Shown: positions 18,983 to 30,780 of the stretch, piece by piece
Numbering within the stretch: position 1 is the first letter of the stretch
Layout of the letters: the number at the start of each line of letters is the position of its first letter
NCBI GenBank assembly: GCA_020348445.1
Contig: CP070751.1
Span: forward strand, 628,321 to 692,320
Origin: Thermoplasmata archaeon
GTDB lineage: Archaea > Thermoplasmatota > Thermoplasmata > GCA-020350865
Direction: 5' to 3'
Length of the DNA stretch: 64,000 nt
Made by a program: the position numbers and the translations under genes
The notes under the pieces: generated by a model
Database searches by the model: none
Told to the model about the DNA's origin: nothing
Seen by the model: only the letters and a program-made list of their open reading frames with translations

Positions 18983-21211
18983 CTAGAGCCTCATCTCCCG
19001 CTTTTGCAGTCTCACAGCCCTTTCTTTTGCTTTGTTTGCATAATTTATTGCTTCTCGAAAATCTCCTTCTGCAAACAGAGAATCGGCCTTAACCAGGAAA
19101 TTTTCAACAATTGTCATGTCCGCGGTACCTCTCATTCCAGAAAGAACTTCCTTTGCCTCCTTAATCGCTTTTAGTGCCTCATCGCGTTTTGACATTAGAT
19201 TATCAATGCGTTCATTTGCATAACCCAGGTATTGCTTTGCCTTGTTGACATCCCCATCGCTCAGGCTCCTTTTTGCTGTGGAAAGCAGCTGATCTATGTT
19301 CGCTGTATCCACGCCCAGAGATTTTGTTTTGTCCAGTTTATCCTGGGCTTTTGATATTTCTTCTCTTGCCTCGCTTTCTTTTCTTAAAGTTTCGGGATCC
19401 TTTACCGGGGCTATCACCCTTTCTGGTGGCTTTTCCCTCCTTGGGGGTGGTTCTCTTCTTTCCCTTGGTGGGATTCTAGCAGCTCTTTCTCTTCTAGGTT
19501 CATATGGTAACGGCTTCTCGATGCTTTCTTTTGGTTCGGCTGTGGGGCCATATGTACCAAAAGGCCTCATTGGCTCTTCACCCTCTTCTGGGAAATCACC
19601 TTCTTCTGGAAATTCCTCATAAGGCTCTTCCCCCGTAGCCTCACCGTAATGGTTCAGATGCGGGACACCTCCGTAATACTTTAATGAGACCATGCATGAA
19701 ATGACGGCTATACCAAGGATTATCACAATAATGACATATATGGCAAGATAGTAGGGTTGCCAGTTGATTCTTACATTAACATTGAGCATCTTCTCTGCAA
19801 TATCGGTCCCATGTTCTGTGAAGTTGCCCACACCTTCCACATCTATCGCTATTCTTATGCTTCGGTTGCCATATTCAGAGGGTGCCCATTTTATTTTCAC
19901 GGTGGCCACTGGATCATTTACTGAGAGGTTATCGAGGTATGTACTCGCAGCCTTTTTGGAGCCATCATAGAGTATAACTGTGATGTTCGTGGCATCTACA
20001 AAACCTATGTTTTCTATGGTAACCGACACAGTGGTGGTTTTGTATTGCATTGGCTCCTCATCTGACATCGAGATGTTGGTGATGTTTAATACAGGTACGA
20101 TGATATAATAGAATTCCATTCCGGCAATTAATTCTCCTGTAGAGTTATCCACACAGGAGACGTTGATCGTGTAATTACCAAGCTGAGTATCAGAGGCGGT
20201 TCTGACTCTCAAGGTGTTTCTTTCTAGATCATTTACCCTCACAACCATCTGATCGTGAACAAGATCGATTATTAAAATATCAGGCCACTCCATTACGAGG
20301 TCCAATTTTAAGTCCATGTTTCCCGTGTTTTCCAATGTAAAGTTGAAAAGGGTATCGCGAAAACCTACAAATCCATCGAATATGTCCGGATAGAATACAA
20401 CACTCCGTCTGGGTTGTACAATTGTGGTAATAGTTATGTTGTCCTGGTGTTTATAAGAATACCAGTTTCTATCCGATTTCTCCCCCCATATCGTGAGATT
20501 CATGACTGCATGTGGAGGGGCATCTTGCGGGGCAGTGACCGTGACATTCACGGCTTTTATACCAGCTGTAAAAAGGTCAGCCTTAGGCACATTCACATCT
20601 GGGTATCTCGAGAAGTCGATTCTCCAGGAATTATTGTCGGAAATATTATGTAAAGTAATTATTACATCCTCATTTACCATATTTCTCAGGATAAGGGTAT
20701 AATTGACATAATCTAGGTTATTTACAGCCGAGGTCCATGAGGTTCCTCCTTCGATTTCCAATTCCACAACGACCCCTTCATCTACGGTGGTGATAACACC
20801 AGTTTTGTTAAATTCAGTGGAAACGGTATTTGAAGTTGCGGTTAGATTCAGGATGTCAGTATCGTACGCAGGCCAGCCCATTGGAATTGTAACATTTGCA
20901 AAAACAATGATACTCTCGTCCACATTCAATGGTCCCACAAAAGATTGACTTAATTCTATTTCCCATTCGTTACTGGAATCTGCAGATAAAATGAAATTAT
21001 CTGTTTCATCTCCTGTATTTTTGATTGTGAATTCATATGAAATAGTTTTGGTGGGTAGCCCATTTTGAGCCAAAGGAAAGGCCGTGACTTCAACTCCAGC
21101 GTCGGGATTTCTTGTTCCGTGAGGTTCGTCCGCACTAATCATTGAGCTGATATTCAATGCAAAGAAAGAAAGCAACAGCATCCCTATTAAAATAAAATAT
21201 CTTTTTCTCAT
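18983..21211 (-). CDS. Single-pass membrane protein with Ig-like (CARDB/NEW3-type) ectodomains and charged cytoplasmic tail
   Basis: Signal peptide, repeated FTIKNTGDETD/FTLENTGN/VTIENIG motifs, TM helix, Glu/Pro/Arg-rich then helical tail; start at ATG 21211 with GGAGG RBS. Confidence 0.75.
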   Translation of the reverse strand: MRKRYFILIGMLLLSFFALNISSMISADEPHGTRNPDAGVEVTAFPLAQNGLPTKTISYEFTIKNTGDETDNFILSADSSNEWEIELSQSFVGPLNVDESIIVFANVTIPMGWPAYDTDILNLTATSNTVSTEFNKTGVITTVDEGVVVELEIEGGTSWTSAVNNLDYVNYTLILRNMVNEDVIITLHNISDNNSWRIDFSRYPDVNVPKADLFTAGIKAVNVTVTAPQDAPPHAVMNLTIWGEKSDRNWYSYKHQDNITITTIVQPRRSVVFYPDIFDGFVGFRDTLFNFTLENTGNMDLKLDLVMEWPDILIIDLVHDQMVVRVNDLERNTLRVRTASDTQLGNYTINVSCVDNSTGELIAGMEFYYIIVPVLNITNISMSDEEPMQYKTTTVSVTIENIGFVDATNITVILYDGSKKAASTYLDNLSVNDPVATVKIKWAPSEYGNRSIRIAIDVEGVGNFTEHGTDIAEKMLNVNVRINWQPYYLAIYVIIVIILGIAVISCMVSLKYYGGVPHLNHYGEATGEEPYEEFPEEGDFPEEGEEPMRPFGTYGPTAEPKESIEKPLPYEPRRERAARIPPRERREPPPRREKPPERVIAPVKDPETLRKESEAREEISKAQDKLDKTKSLGVDTANIDQLLSTAKRSLSDGDVNKAKQYLGYANERIDNLMSKRDEALKAIKEAKEVLSGMRGTADMTIVENFLVKADSLFAEGDFREAINYANKAKERAVRLQKREMRL

Positions 21212-21392
21212 TGCGGAAACCCTCCAAACGGGGGCAGTAAGAGTAAAAGAATGTGACAATATAAATTTAACTATTCCTATTTATTATACGAAAAAGGAAT
21301 CGAAACATTGAATAAGTGGAAGACATTAATCATCGAAGACTTTAAGTCATTTAGAAATGGGCCAACTTGAGCTTGGGAAAAAGTGGTTAGAT

Positions 21393-22640
21393 ATGAAGTT
21401 GACCATGGTGCTGGGAAATGATTTCTTATATCCTTATCTGGACGATAGGGTTTATAGAGAAGCTGCCACATTAAAAGAGGAGGGCTGGGATGTACGCGTA
21501 GTGTGCTGGGCTAGGACAATTACGAACAAATCCTTGGATCATCTTCCCCAAAATGCTGAGTATAAAGGAATAAAAGTAATAAGGATTTATCAGAACATTT
21601 CTCCCAAAAAGAGCATTTTAATCAAAAGAATTATCCAGCACAGAAGAGCCATGCGAAAAATGGCAAAGAAGATCGAAGAAACAGATCCAGATGTCATTCA
21701 CTACAATGATTTTAACACCCTTTATTCCCTTAGATTTGGTGGAAAAAAGGGTAATGCAAAAGCTTTGTACGATTCCCATGAAGATTACCCTCTGATGTTA
21801 AAAAGCGCAGTTTCTCCCTTTTTCGTGAAAATGGCCACAAGACTTGAAAAACGAATTGTAAAAAAGTACGTGGACGCTGTAATCACCGTCAGTCCACCGA
21901 TTCTAAAGAGACTTAATGAGGTGGGTCCTAAAATAAATGAACTTATCATGAATTGCAAGATTCTAAAGGACTACGATATTCCCGAGACAAAGGTCAGGGA
22001 AGCAAGAAATATATTCACCCAGAAACTTAAAAATAGGGATAATATAGGATTTGAAGAATCAAATAATAAGTTCATCCTGCTGTACATTGGTTCTCTTGGC
22101 GAGGACCGGGGGTTGAGGGAGGTAATTTCCGTATTTCAAACAGTAAAAAAGGAAGACAACTTGATTTTAGTAATTGGTGGCCATGGTGCCATAGAGAATG
22201 AAGTGAAAGCTATGGTTGAAAAAATCCAATGTGCTATTTATATTGGTGAGGTGAAAAGCGAACTTGTACCTCTTTATACAAAGGCCTGTGATGCAGTGAA
22301 TATGATGATGAATCCAAAGGAGGAGTGGCATAAAATCGCCATGCCTAACAAGCTGTTCGAAGCAATGGCTGCTAAAAAATCCATCATAGCAAGTGCAGAT
22401 ACGATTTACGGAGACGTGGTAAAAAAGGAGGAATGCGGGATTGTGATACCATATGGTGATGTAAAAAAATTGAAGGAGGTTATTACTGAGCTTGCAGAGA
22501 ATCCCACTCTGAGGATGAAGCTAGGGAAAAACGGATTCAACGCTGCCGTAAGGGAGTACAATTGGGAAAAGCAGGGCAAGAAACTAAAGGCTCTCTACAA
22601 AAGGTTGGCAGGTGATGGTCCGAAAAAAAGAAATTCTTGA
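21393..22640 (+). CDS. Glycosyltransferase family 4
   Basis: DDRVYREA, YDSHEDY, LYIGSLGEDRG, MPNKLFEAMA. Confidence 0.9.
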   Translation: MKLTMVLGNDFLYPYLDDRVYREAATLKEEGWDVRVVCWARTITNKSLDHLPQNAEYKGIKVIRIYQNISPKKSILIKRIIQHRRAMRKMAKKIEETDPDVIHYNDFNTLYSLRFGGKKGNAKALYDSHEDYPLMLKSAVSPFFVKMATRLEKRIVKKYVDAVITVSPPILKRLNEVGPKINELIMNCKILKDYDIPETKVREARNIFTQKLKNRDNIGFEESNNKFILLYIGSLGEDRGLREVISVFQTVKKEDNLILVIGGHGAIENEVKAMVEKIQCAIYIGEVKSELVPLYTKACDAVNMMMNPKEEWHKIAMPNKLFEAMAAKKSIIASADTIYGDVVKKEECGIVIPYGDVKKLKEVITELAENPTLRMKLGKNGFNAAVREYNWEKQGKKLKALYKRLAGDGPKKRNS

Positions 22641-22690
22641 GGTTACTGCATATGTTCGGGGATAAGAAAAATCCATATCAAGGGATTTAA

Positions 22691-23884
22691 ATGAAAATTC
22701 TTATGGTACTTTCAGATAATACGTTTCCTCCAGACATCAGGGTCGAGAAGGAGGCCAGATCTTTGATTTCTTCTGGCCACAAGGTTCATTTACTGGTAAG
22801 GGGCTCATCAAACCAGAAAAAGGAAGAGATTGTCAACAACATCCATGTCCACAGATTTTTCGTCCCAACTTATGACATGCCTTTTTTAGGTTATTCCACT
22901 TATTTCTTTATACACAGGTATAAATTAACATATAGGATAATAAGAACGATCAGAAAATATGGTATACAGGCGCTTCACGTTCATGATCTGCCCTATGGTA
23001 TGGCCGCTGCAATGGCGGGAAAGATATACAATTTACCTGTGATATTTGACATGCATGAGCATTATGTGGATTTGATGAAATCAAATTTTGAGGTGCAGGG
23101 AATGAACGTGCCCCTTCTACCAAGCCTGCTTTCATATGAGGAGAGATTGGTATGCAGCAATGCGAAGAAGGTCGTGGTTGTGGCAGAGGAGGGTATTAAC
23201 AGAGTCGCACAGCAGCACAAAATTTCCAAGGATAAGATCGTTTTGGTGTCCAACACGGCGGACATCCAACTGCTAAGTAGATTCGAAGAAGATCATAAGA
23301 AACACAAACATGAAAAAGAAAAGGATGATATCATCCTATCCTATATCGGGATTTTTTCCAAGGATAGGGGAATCGATGTGCTGCTAAAGGCCATGCCACT
23401 TATACTCGATAAGCATGAGAATGTGAAGTTACTTTTGGTAGGGGTGGATCCTTATGTCGAGGAATTAACTGATCTTATTAAGGATCTGGGCATTCAAAAC
23501 AAGGTCAAGTTCACAGGTTGGGTTCCAATTTCCAAGGCAATGGAGTATGTTATAGAAAGTGATTTATGTACAGTTCCCCATCAAAGCACACCGCAAAGGA
23601 AAACAACGCTTCCCCATAAGATATTTCAATACATGTATTTTAAAAAGCCTGTTGTGGTAAGTGATATCCCCCCATTAAAGAGAATCGTTACCGAGGCCAA
23701 GTGCGGGCTCGTTTTCAAGGCAGATGATCACACGGATTGCGCCCAAAAGGTGAATGAAATTCTCGACAATCCAAAAATACTCTTTGAAATGGGTGAAAAT
23801 GGAAGAAAAGCAGTCCAAAGAATATACAACTGGAACGAGGATGCCAAGAAACTGTTGAAACTCTATGAGGAGCTATCAGGTTAA
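22691..23884 (+). CDS. Glycosyltransferase family 4
   Basis: DIRVEKEARSL, HVHDLP, FDMHEHY, LPHKIFQYM. Confidence 0.9.
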   Translation: MKILMVLSDNTFPPDIRVEKEARSLISSGHKVHLLVRGSSNQKKEEIVNNIHVHRFFVPTYDMPFLGYSTYFFIHRYKLTYRIIRTIRKYGIQALHVHDLPYGMAAAMAGKIYNLPVIFDMHEHYVDLMKSNFEVQGMNVPLLPSLLSYEERLVCSNAKKVVVVAEEGINRVAQQHKISKDKIVLVSNTADIQLLSRFEEDHKKHKHEKEKDDIILSYIGIFSKDRGIDVLLKAMPLILDKHENVKLLLVGVDPYVEELTDLIKDLGIQNKVKFTGWVPISKAMEYVIESDLCTVPHQSTPQRKTTLPHKIFQYMYFKKPVVVSDIPPLKRIVTEAKCGLVFKADDHTDCAQKVNEILDNPKILFEMGENGRKAVQRIYNWNEDAKKLLKLYEELSG

Positions 23885-25453
23885 TGGCTCATCATCCTCG
23901 CCTTTTAGCTCATCTTTAATGTATTTCCCCATCTTCCCTGGGTGAAGAAGATCGAGGAAGAATCGTAGATCGTTTCGTTTGAATTCCTTGAGCACTATCA
24001 ATATGGCCAAATAAATAATCATCACTATGAAACCCAATATCAAAAGAAGACCAAGATGATAGGGTATTTGTAGATTTTGTGATGTCCTGATGGTTGTCCA
24101 AACATTATATTCATCCAACAGATAATTTAAACCGATTAAAGATAGCCCAGCGATTAAGGCCGCAACAAGATGCTTTGTTATGCATGAACCTGGTCTAATC
24201 CCAGTCAATCTATTTGCTGCAATATAGTAGAGTATCAGGAGTATTAAGGTGGAAATTATCGTGGCAAATGCGGCACCAAAAGCACCCAATCCCAACAACC
24301 TAATACCAACAATTTGCTTGGGTATGAAAATAAGGTTGAGAACGATATTGATAAGTGCCGCTGAAACAGCGATTCTAGCTATGATCTTGGGTCTATCAAG
24401 ACCACTTATCAGAGAAAAGTAAGGTTTGGCCAATGTTGATATTAAGATAAATACCGCTAAAGCGGCCAAAACGGGTGCTCCGATATCCACAAAGGAACTA
24501 CCCAGTATCAATTCCACGATCTCTTTTCTTTGTATGATGATGAAAGCCGAGATAGGAAAAACGATCATTGAAAGGTACCGCTCTGCTTTTCTCATAACCT
24601 CGCCGATCTCTGCAAGACGATTTTTGGAGGCATAGTAAGAGATAGTGGGAAACAAAATTAGGCCCAGTGAAGCAGAAAGGTGCCTCAGAATATCGATTAT
24701 TCGTTGCGAGCCAAAATAATATCCCACATGATCATCGCCCCAGAAGAATCCGATCATAACTCGATCGATATTCAGTGAAATTGTGCCCATTATAGCAGCG
24801 AGAAAGACAGGGAGGGCAAAACGTGTGTAGCTTTTGAACATCTCTTTCTTTGGCCGGGCAATGGGATATCCTCGAATCAATAGTAAAGCCACCACAAAAC
24901 TCGCAAAAGCACCGATGACATAGGCTCCTGCCAACCAAGTTAGGCCAAGAGGAATCGTAATTGCTATTGCTATAACCAGAGGACCTCTTGTAACATGTTC
25001 TGTCATGTTGGAAATCTGACTTTTGGCAATTTCCCTTCGGGCATTGAATGTATGACCCATCATTTGAACGAGGGTAAGGATTATATAGTAAACCAGGATG
25101 ATGAACAAGACAAATTCCTTTTCTGATTTTCCCTCCTCATTGGAAAATATTCTCCACGCCAGAATTCCGATTAAGGCAAGCATGGACATAATTGCGATTA
25201 AGACGAGCTTAATGGATATGTAAGTTCCAAGACATGTTCCAAGATCTTTTTCTTCTGATATCCTTTTTATATGGGCTGAATCGTATCCAAGGCTAGTAAT
25301 AAAGGAGAACAGGCCAATGAATGATAGTGCAAAACCTATCACACCCAGGATGGTTTCACCCATGTACTGGGCTACAAAATAAAGGGAGAAGAAACCGATT
25401 ACTGCCCCTATGATACTGTTAACCATTATCAGTAACGACTTTCTCGCGATCAA
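23876..25453 (-). CDS. Oligosaccharide flippase (Wzx/MATE-like)
   Basis: About 14 TM helices, DRVMIGFF, VGYYFGSQRI, GAFGAAFAT; adjacent to GTs. Confidence 0.88.
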   Translation of the reverse strand: MIARKSLLIMVNSIIGAVIGFFSLYFVAQYMGETILGVIGFALSFIGLFSFITSLGYDSAHIKRISEEKDLGTCLGTYISIKLVLIAIMSMLALIGILAWRIFSNEEGKSEKEFVLFIILVYYIILTLVQMMGHTFNARREIAKSQISNMTEHVTRGPLVIAIAITIPLGLTWLAGAYVIGAFASFVVALLLIRGYPIARPKKEMFKSYTRFALPVFLAAIMGTISLNIDRVMIGFFWGDDHVGYYFGSQRIIDILRHLSASLGLILFPTISYYASKNRLAEIGEVMRKAERYLSMIVFPISAFIIIQRKEIVELILGSSFVDIGAPVLAALAVFILISTLAKPYFSLISGLDRPKIIARIAVSAALINIVLNLIFIPKQIVGIRLLGLGAFGAAFATIISTLILLILYYIAANRLTGIRPGSCITKHLVAALIAGLSLIGLNYLLDEYNVWTTIRTSQNLQIPYHLGLLLILGFIVMIIYLAILIVLKEFKRNDLRFFLDLLHPGKMGKYIKDELKGEDDEPLT

Positions 25454-25812
25454 TAGCAGGTTCCTCCGATCACATTGGATTTGGGCGGACTTTCCATAAC
25501 ATGTGGAAAGGTATACCCATCATATTTCCAATTTCTCTCTCTATTATATATGGGCGATAATTTAGGGGTTTAAGTAACTAACTGTTTTTCAATGGAGCCT
25601 TTCTTTATTGGATATTACTATAAATCTAAAGTTAGAATGAACAGTAAACTTCTTTTATTGTTTTGGAGATGTTCATATACACACACTCCATATCCTCCAA
25701 CGCAGAAATAAGGAATCTGTCACAAGGTATAACAAACAATCTTTATATAGAAGAACTTATATATCTGCAAAGAACCCCTGAAAAAATATGAATATGTATT
25801 GGGTGAGGAGAA

Positions 25813-26400
25813 ATGAGCAAGAAGAGAAAAAGAAGAGAATCTGATGACGACGATTACTGGCGGGACCATGATTCGTTTTTCGACGATTTCTTTGAATTTG
25901 GAGATATTGACAGGGAATTTACGCGCATGAGGGAATTTATGGATAAGATCACCAAACGCGCAATGCGTGGTGAGTTGGGCACTCAGGAGCAGGGACCCTA
26001 TGTTTACGGTTTTTCCATGCGCCTTGGACCTGACGGAAAACCCCATATTGAGGAGTTCGGTAACACAAAACCTCCAAGGAGGCTTGAGGGTGGTGAGGGT
26101 GAACAGTTCGAAGTTGCCGAGAGGGAGCCTTTAACTGATGTCATCGAATCCAAGGATTCCATTTCCATAACCCTTGAGATACCAGGCGTGGACAAAGATG
26201 AGATTGAGCTTACAGTCGAGGAAGATAAGGTTTCCATAAACGTCGATACCTCCCAGCGCAAATATTTCAAGGAGATACCGCTAAAGTCCAGGGTGGATCC
26301 TAAGACATCCAAGGCAACATACAAGAACGGAGTTCTGGATATCATACTAAAGAAACTGCAGACCAAGGGTCAAAAAGGTAAAAAGGTGAAGATCGATTGA
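25813..26400 (+). CDS. hsp20: Archaeal small heat shock protein Hsp20
   Basis: GPYVYGFS, GPDGKP, EREPLTDV, EIPGVDK, ATYKNGVLDI. Confidence 0.93.
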   Translation: MSKKRKRRESDDDDYWRDHDSFFDDFFEFGDIDREFTRMREFMDKITKRAMRGELGTQEQGPYVYGFSMRLGPDGKPHIEEFGNTKPPRRLEGGEGEQFEVAEREPLTDVIESKDSISITLEIPGVDKDEIELTVEEDKVSINVDTSQRKYFKEIPLKSRVDPKTSKATYKNGVLDIILKKLQTKGQKGKKVKID

Positions 26401-26456
26401 ACATCGATTCAAGCAAAATTTTAATAGAATAATCATACTTTTCCGTGGGATTAAAT

Positions 26457-27182
26457 ATGGAGCAAAGAAAGGAAGAAAAGAAAACGCAAAAAGAAACAGA
26501 AGAAAAAATCAACAATGAACTGGTAAAGAAGGATAAAGTGGAAATCAAAACCATACCAAAGGATCCACTAATGGCCATCGAGAGTGAAGTAAAGGCAACA
26601 GGATTAAAGGATGATGAACCCACCTCCAAACAAGAGGATAAAGGATTTGATATAGAAGCCTTGAAAGTCTCCTTGGATGACAAGACAAAGCTCGCCGATG
26701 ATTACTATGATAGACTCATGAGAATCCAGGCCGAATTCGACAACTATCAAAAGAGGGCAGAGAAAGAAAAGGAGGATTTCAGAAACTATGCCAATGCCCA
26801 ATTGATAAAGGATCTTTTAGGGATTCTGGATGATTTTCAAAATGCGTTATCAATTAAGGAAGAAGGGTCAAACAGGGAGTTTCTAAGGGGCTTTGAGATG
26901 ATTTATGAGAACCTATTGGGGATGCTAAAAAAGGAGGGCCTTTGCATAATCAAGGCAGAATCTGAAAAATTCGATCCTTGGAAGCATGAAGCAGTGGAGA
27001 TGGTACCCACAAAGGAGCATCCCGATCATACTGTTTTGAGTGTTATTCAACCCGGTTATATGTTCAAGGATAAGATTTTAAGACCTGCAAAGGTCAGGGT
27101 CGCGATAGGCCCAAGTGTAGAAGAAAATAAGGAAGATAATGGTGATAAGGATTCTGAATCCGGGGAGAATGAGGAAGATTAA
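26457..27182 (+). CDS. grpE: Nucleotide exchange factor GrpE
   Basis: RIQAEFDNYQKR, FDPWKHEAV, GYMFKDKILRPAKV. Confidence 0.95.
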   Translation: MEQRKEEKKTQKETEEKINNELVKKDKVEIKTIPKDPLMAIESEVKATGLKDDEPTSKQEDKGFDIEALKVSLDDKTKLADDYYDRLMRIQAEFDNYQKRAEKEKEDFRNYANAQLIKDLLGILDDFQNALSIKEEGSNREFLRGFEMIYENLLGMLKKEGLCIIKAESEKFDPWKHEAVEMVPTKEHPDHTVLSVIQPGYMFKDKILRPAKVRVAIGPSVEENKEDNGDKDSESGENEED

Positions 27183-27200
27183 TAATGGAGGTGAAGTAAC

Positions 27201-29069
27201 ATGGCGAAGATAATTGGAATAGATCTTGGGACAACGAACTCGGAAGCGGCGCATATGGAAGGAGGCAGAGCTGTGATAATTCCCAGCGCAGAGGGTAGCA
27301 CGTTCGGCGGAAAGATGTTTCCTTCGGTTATAGCCTTTACAAAGGAAGGGGAGAGACTGGTTGGCGAGCCTGCAAAAAGACAGGCGGTCCTCAATCCTGA
27401 AAGAACGATAACCAGGATAAAGCGGAAGATGGGTACAGACTACAAGGTAACAATCGATGATAGAACCTACACACCTCCTGAGATATCTGCAATGATTCTG
27501 CAGAAGATAAAAAGGGATGCAGAATCCTATCTTGGTCAGGAGGTAAAGCAGGCTGTAATCACGGTTCCGGCATATTTTAACGATAATCAGCGCCAGGCCA
27601 CCAAAGACGCGGGTACGATTGCAGGCCTGGAGGTTCTCAGGATAATAAACGAGCCAACTACGGCTGCACTGGCCTATGGTCTTGATAAAAGCGAGGACCA
27701 GAAGATAGTGGTTTTGGATTTGGGTGGAGGAACATTCGATGTCACGATAATGGATATTGGTGAGGGTGTGTTCGAGGTATCCTCCACGGCAGGTGATACT
27801 CAGCTTGGCGGAACAGACATGGATGATAAGATCATCGAATACATGATTTTGGAGTTCAAAAGCAAGGAGGGAATCGACCTTTCTGACGACAGGTCAGTGC
27901 TTCAGAGGTTGAGGGATGCTGCCGAGAAGGCAAAAATCGAGCTTTCAAGTACAGTTACCACCACAATTAACTTACCCTTCATAGCCTCCGATTCCTCTGG
28001 TCCAAAGCATCTTGAAATGAAACTGAGTCGGGCAAAGATGGAGGACCTAGTGGGACCGGTTCTTGCAAGATGTGAGGGGCCCATAAAAAGAGCTTTTTCG
28101 GATGCGAAACTGGATTTTAAAGATATCGACAAGGTTATCCTGGTTGGTGGTCCAACAAGAATGCCCATTGTTAGGGAAAAGTTCGAAAAGATAATCGGGA
28201 AGAAGGCCGAAAGAGGAGTTGATCCCATGCAGTGCGTGGCAATGGGAGCAGCGATTCAGGGGGGTGTTCTGGCTGGCGAGGTAAAGGACCTCTTACTACT
28301 TGATGTCACACCACTTTCCTTGGGAGTGGAGACTTTAGGCGGGATAGCCACAAGGTTGATAGACAGGAATACGACGATACCCACTAGAAGAAGTCAGATA
28401 TTTTCCACAGCTGCTGATTTCCAGACTAACGTAGAGATTCACGTGTTTCAGGGTGAGAGGCAGATGGCCACAGACAATATCAGCCTTGGGAGATTCCATT
28501 TGACAGGTATACCGCCAGCACCAAGAGGTATTCCACAGGTGGAGGTCACTTTTGATATAGATGCCAACGGTATCGTGAATGTTTCGGCCAAGGATCTGGG
28601 TACAGGAAAGGAGCAGAGCATCACGATATCTGGCAGTACAAATCTCAGTCAGGATGAGATAGAAAAGAAGATCAAGGACGCCGAGAAGTACGCCGAGGAA
28701 GATAAAAAATATAAAGAGGCAATTGAAATAAAAAATCAGGCTGAAAGTCTGGTCTACAATGCCGAGAAGACCATAAAGGAACACGGGGACAAGGTAATTA
28801 CCGAGGATAAAAAGGCAATGGAAAAGGCCATAGAGGAATTGAAGGAATCCATGAAGGGTGATGATGTCGCAAAGATCAAATCGGACATAGATAAGGTCCA
28901 GGAGGAGGTTCAGAAGATCGGGACCGCCATCTATCAAAAGGTGGCCCAGGAACAAGCAGAGAAGCAGGCAAAGGAGCAGGCGAGTGCCCCAGAGGAAGGT
29001 AAAAGTGAGGAAAAGGAGTACGTGGATGCCGATTATACCATTGAGGATGAGGACGAGGAGAAAAAGTAA
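27201..29069 (+). CDS. dnaK: Chaperone DnaK (Hsp70)
   Basis: [35 protein letters not shown]. Confidence 0.99.
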   Translation: MAKIIGIDLGTTNSEAAHMEGGRAVIIPSAEGSTFGGKMFPSVIAFTKEGERLVGEPAKRQAVLNPERTITRIKRKMGTDYKVTIDDRTYTPPEISAMILQKIKRDAESYLGQEVKQAVITVPAYFNDNQRQATKDAGTIAGLEVLRIINEPTTAALAYGLDKSEDQKIVVLDLGGGTFDVTIMDIGEGVFEVSSTAGDTQLGGTDMDDKIIEYMILEFKSKEGIDLSDDRSVLQRLRDAAEKAKIELSSTVTTTINLPFIASDSSGPKHLEMKLSRAKMEDLVGPVLARCEGPIKRAFSDAKLDFKDIDKVILVGGPTRMPIVREKFEKIIGKKAERGVDPMQCVAMGAAIQGGVLAGEVKDLLLLDVTPLSLGVETLGGIATRLIDRNTTIPTRRSQIFSTAADFQTNVEIHVFQGERQMATDNISLGRFHLTGIPPAPRGIPQVEVTFDIDANGIVNVSAKDLGTGKEQSITISGSTNLSQDEIEKKIKDAEKYAEEDKKYKEAIEIKNQAESLVYNAEKTIKEHGDKVITEDKKAMEKAIEELKESMKGDDVAKIKSDIDKVQEEVQKIGTAIYQKVAQEQAEKQAKEQASAPEEGKSEEKEYVDADYTIEDEDEEKK

Positions 29070-29184
29070 TAGACTCTTACACCACAACTTTTTTTTAATG
29101 GTATTCTTTAACACCATTACATTGAGCAAATAAGTCGCTCGAATATGACCGGAATCTGAAAGGAGGTCACTCGGAGGTCCAAAA

Positions 29185-30309
29185 GTGACAAAGCGGGACT
29201 ATTATGAAATTCTGGGTGTGGACAAGAACGCCACAAAAGATGCCATAAAAAAGGCCTACCGCAAACTCGCAAAGAAGTATCACCCTGACATGAACAAGGA
29301 AAATCCAAAGCAAGCAGAGGAGAAGTTCAAGGAAATCTCAGAAGCCTATGGCGTTCTGGGTGATGAAACGAAGCGAAAACAATATGATATGTACGGCCAC
29401 GCAGGAATTGACAGTAGATACTCCCAAGAAGATATTTTCAGGACCATCAATTTCGAGGATATCTTCGGGGAGATGGGCTTTGGATTCGGTGGATTTGATA
29501 GTATATTTGACACTTTTTTTGGGGGGGCAAGATCCAGAAGGCGGGGCCCTGCAAGGGGTGAGCACATATTCTTCGATCTGGAGATCGATTTAAAGGAGGC
29601 GGCCTTCGGCACTAAAAAAACCATAAAGGTTCCAAGGTTAGAGAGCTGCAAAACCTGCAAGGGTAGCGGTGCCAAACCCGGCACAAAACCTAAGCAATGT
29701 TCCTCCTGCAAGGGAACAGGCCAGATAAGGGATGTGAGAAGCAGCGGATTTGGCCAATTTGTAAGAATCATGCCATGCAGAAGTTGCAGAGGCTCGGGTG
29801 AGAAGATAGAGTATCCCTGCCCAGATTGCATGGGTAAGGGAATGAAACGAAAATACAGGAAGATAACGGTGGAAGTCCCAAAAGGTGTGGACGCAGGCAA
29901 CAGGATAAGACTACCTGGAGAAGGGGAGGCCAGTGGGAGCGGAGGGCCACCTGGTGATCTGTTCGTTGTAATCCATATAAACCCCGATGACATCTTTCAG
30001 AGGGAAGGAAACCATATTCTTTATGATGCAGAGATAACAATCGGCCAGGCAACACTAGGTGATGAGATAGAGGTCCCCACATTGAAAGGAAAAGCCCAGT
30101 TGAAAATTCCAAAGGGTACCCAAACACATACAGTCTTCCGCCTTAAAGGCGAAGGAATCCCAGATGTTCACGGCAGGGGAAAAGGGGATGAGTACGTTAG
30201 GGTCATAGTAAAAACACCCACTAAACTCACAGAAAAACAGAGGCAGCTACTTTTGGAGTTCGAAGGCCTGGAAAAAGGCCCGAAAAAGAAGAAAGGACGG
30301 TTTTTTTAA
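29185..30309 (+). CDS. dnaJ: Chaperone DnaJ
   Basis: J domain with HPD, four CxxCxGxG repeats. Confidence 0.98.
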   Translation: MTKRDYYEILGVDKNATKDAIKKAYRKLAKKYHPDMNKENPKQAEEKFKEISEAYGVLGDETKRKQYDMYGHAGIDSRYSQEDIFRTINFEDIFGEMGFGFGGFDSIFDTFFGGARSRRRGPARGEHIFFDLEIDLKEAAFGTKKTIKVPRLESCKTCKGSGAKPGTKPKQCSSCKGTGQIRDVRSSGFGQFVRIMPCRSCRGSGEKIEYPCPDCMGKGMKRKYRKITVEVPKGVDAGNRIRLPGEGEASGSGGPPGDLFVVIHINPDDIFQREGNHILYDAEITIGQATLGDEIEVPTLKGKAQLKIPKGTQTHTVFRLKGEGIPDVHGRGKGDEYVRVIVKTPTKLTEKQRQLLLEFEGLEKGPKKKKGRFF

Positions 30310-30334
30310 TCGGTATTAAAGGGTAAGATGGACC

Positions 30335-30769
30335 CTATTCGACCAATATCACGGATTTCAGGGCCCTTCCCTCAGGGCATTTTAACTCATCCTTTACTAT
30401 TGATATTTTGTATTTCTTGTTGCTTTTATGGCCCAGTGAAAAGCAGATCTTGCGATGTTCACAACCCATGTTCAGGCACTCTTCTTTTTCGATGTTCACC
30501 ATGGAACCTTCTATTGCATAATTGGAGTCAACAGTGGTTTCGATGGGTGCTTTCTTCAATTCTACGACCCTCACTCCACCTTCATGCATATTACATTCAT
30601 GGTGTTTGTCCCTCACACTCACGATCTCGTATAGGGTCCCCTCCTCGAGATTGAAGCAAACAGTCTTTCTCTTGCAGTCCCTACATTCCGGGATAGGACC
30701 GCGAAAGACGAAAGTAATGCCAACCTTGGCCTGGGTTTCTCCCACTAAGGTAACTACCATGAAATTCAC
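30335..30769 (-). CDS. UPF0179 family protein
   Basis: VTLVGETQAKVG, CRDCKRKTVC, C-terminal ELKCPEG; typical egsA neighbour. Confidence 0.85.
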   Translation of the reverse strand: MNFMVVTLVGETQAKVGITFVFRGPIPECRDCKRKTVCFNLEEGTLYEIVSVRDKHHECNMHEGGVRVVELKKAPIETTVDSNYAIEGSMVNIEKEECLNMGCEHRKICFSLGHKSNKKYKISIVKDELKCPEGRALKSVILVE

Positions 30770-30780
30770 CTCCGTATCTA

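Noticed and set aside
25454-25812. CIRCE or other known heat-shock operator upstream of hsp20-grpE-dnaK-dnaJ
   Set aside because: No TTAGCACTC-N9-GAGTGCTAA; only a short CTTTCCA/TGGAAAG repeat far from the promoter
28335-29993. Long antisense ORFs (264 aa, 215 aa) over dnaK/dnaJ
   Set aside because: Shadow ORFs from codon bias of conserved genes, with no recognisable motifs
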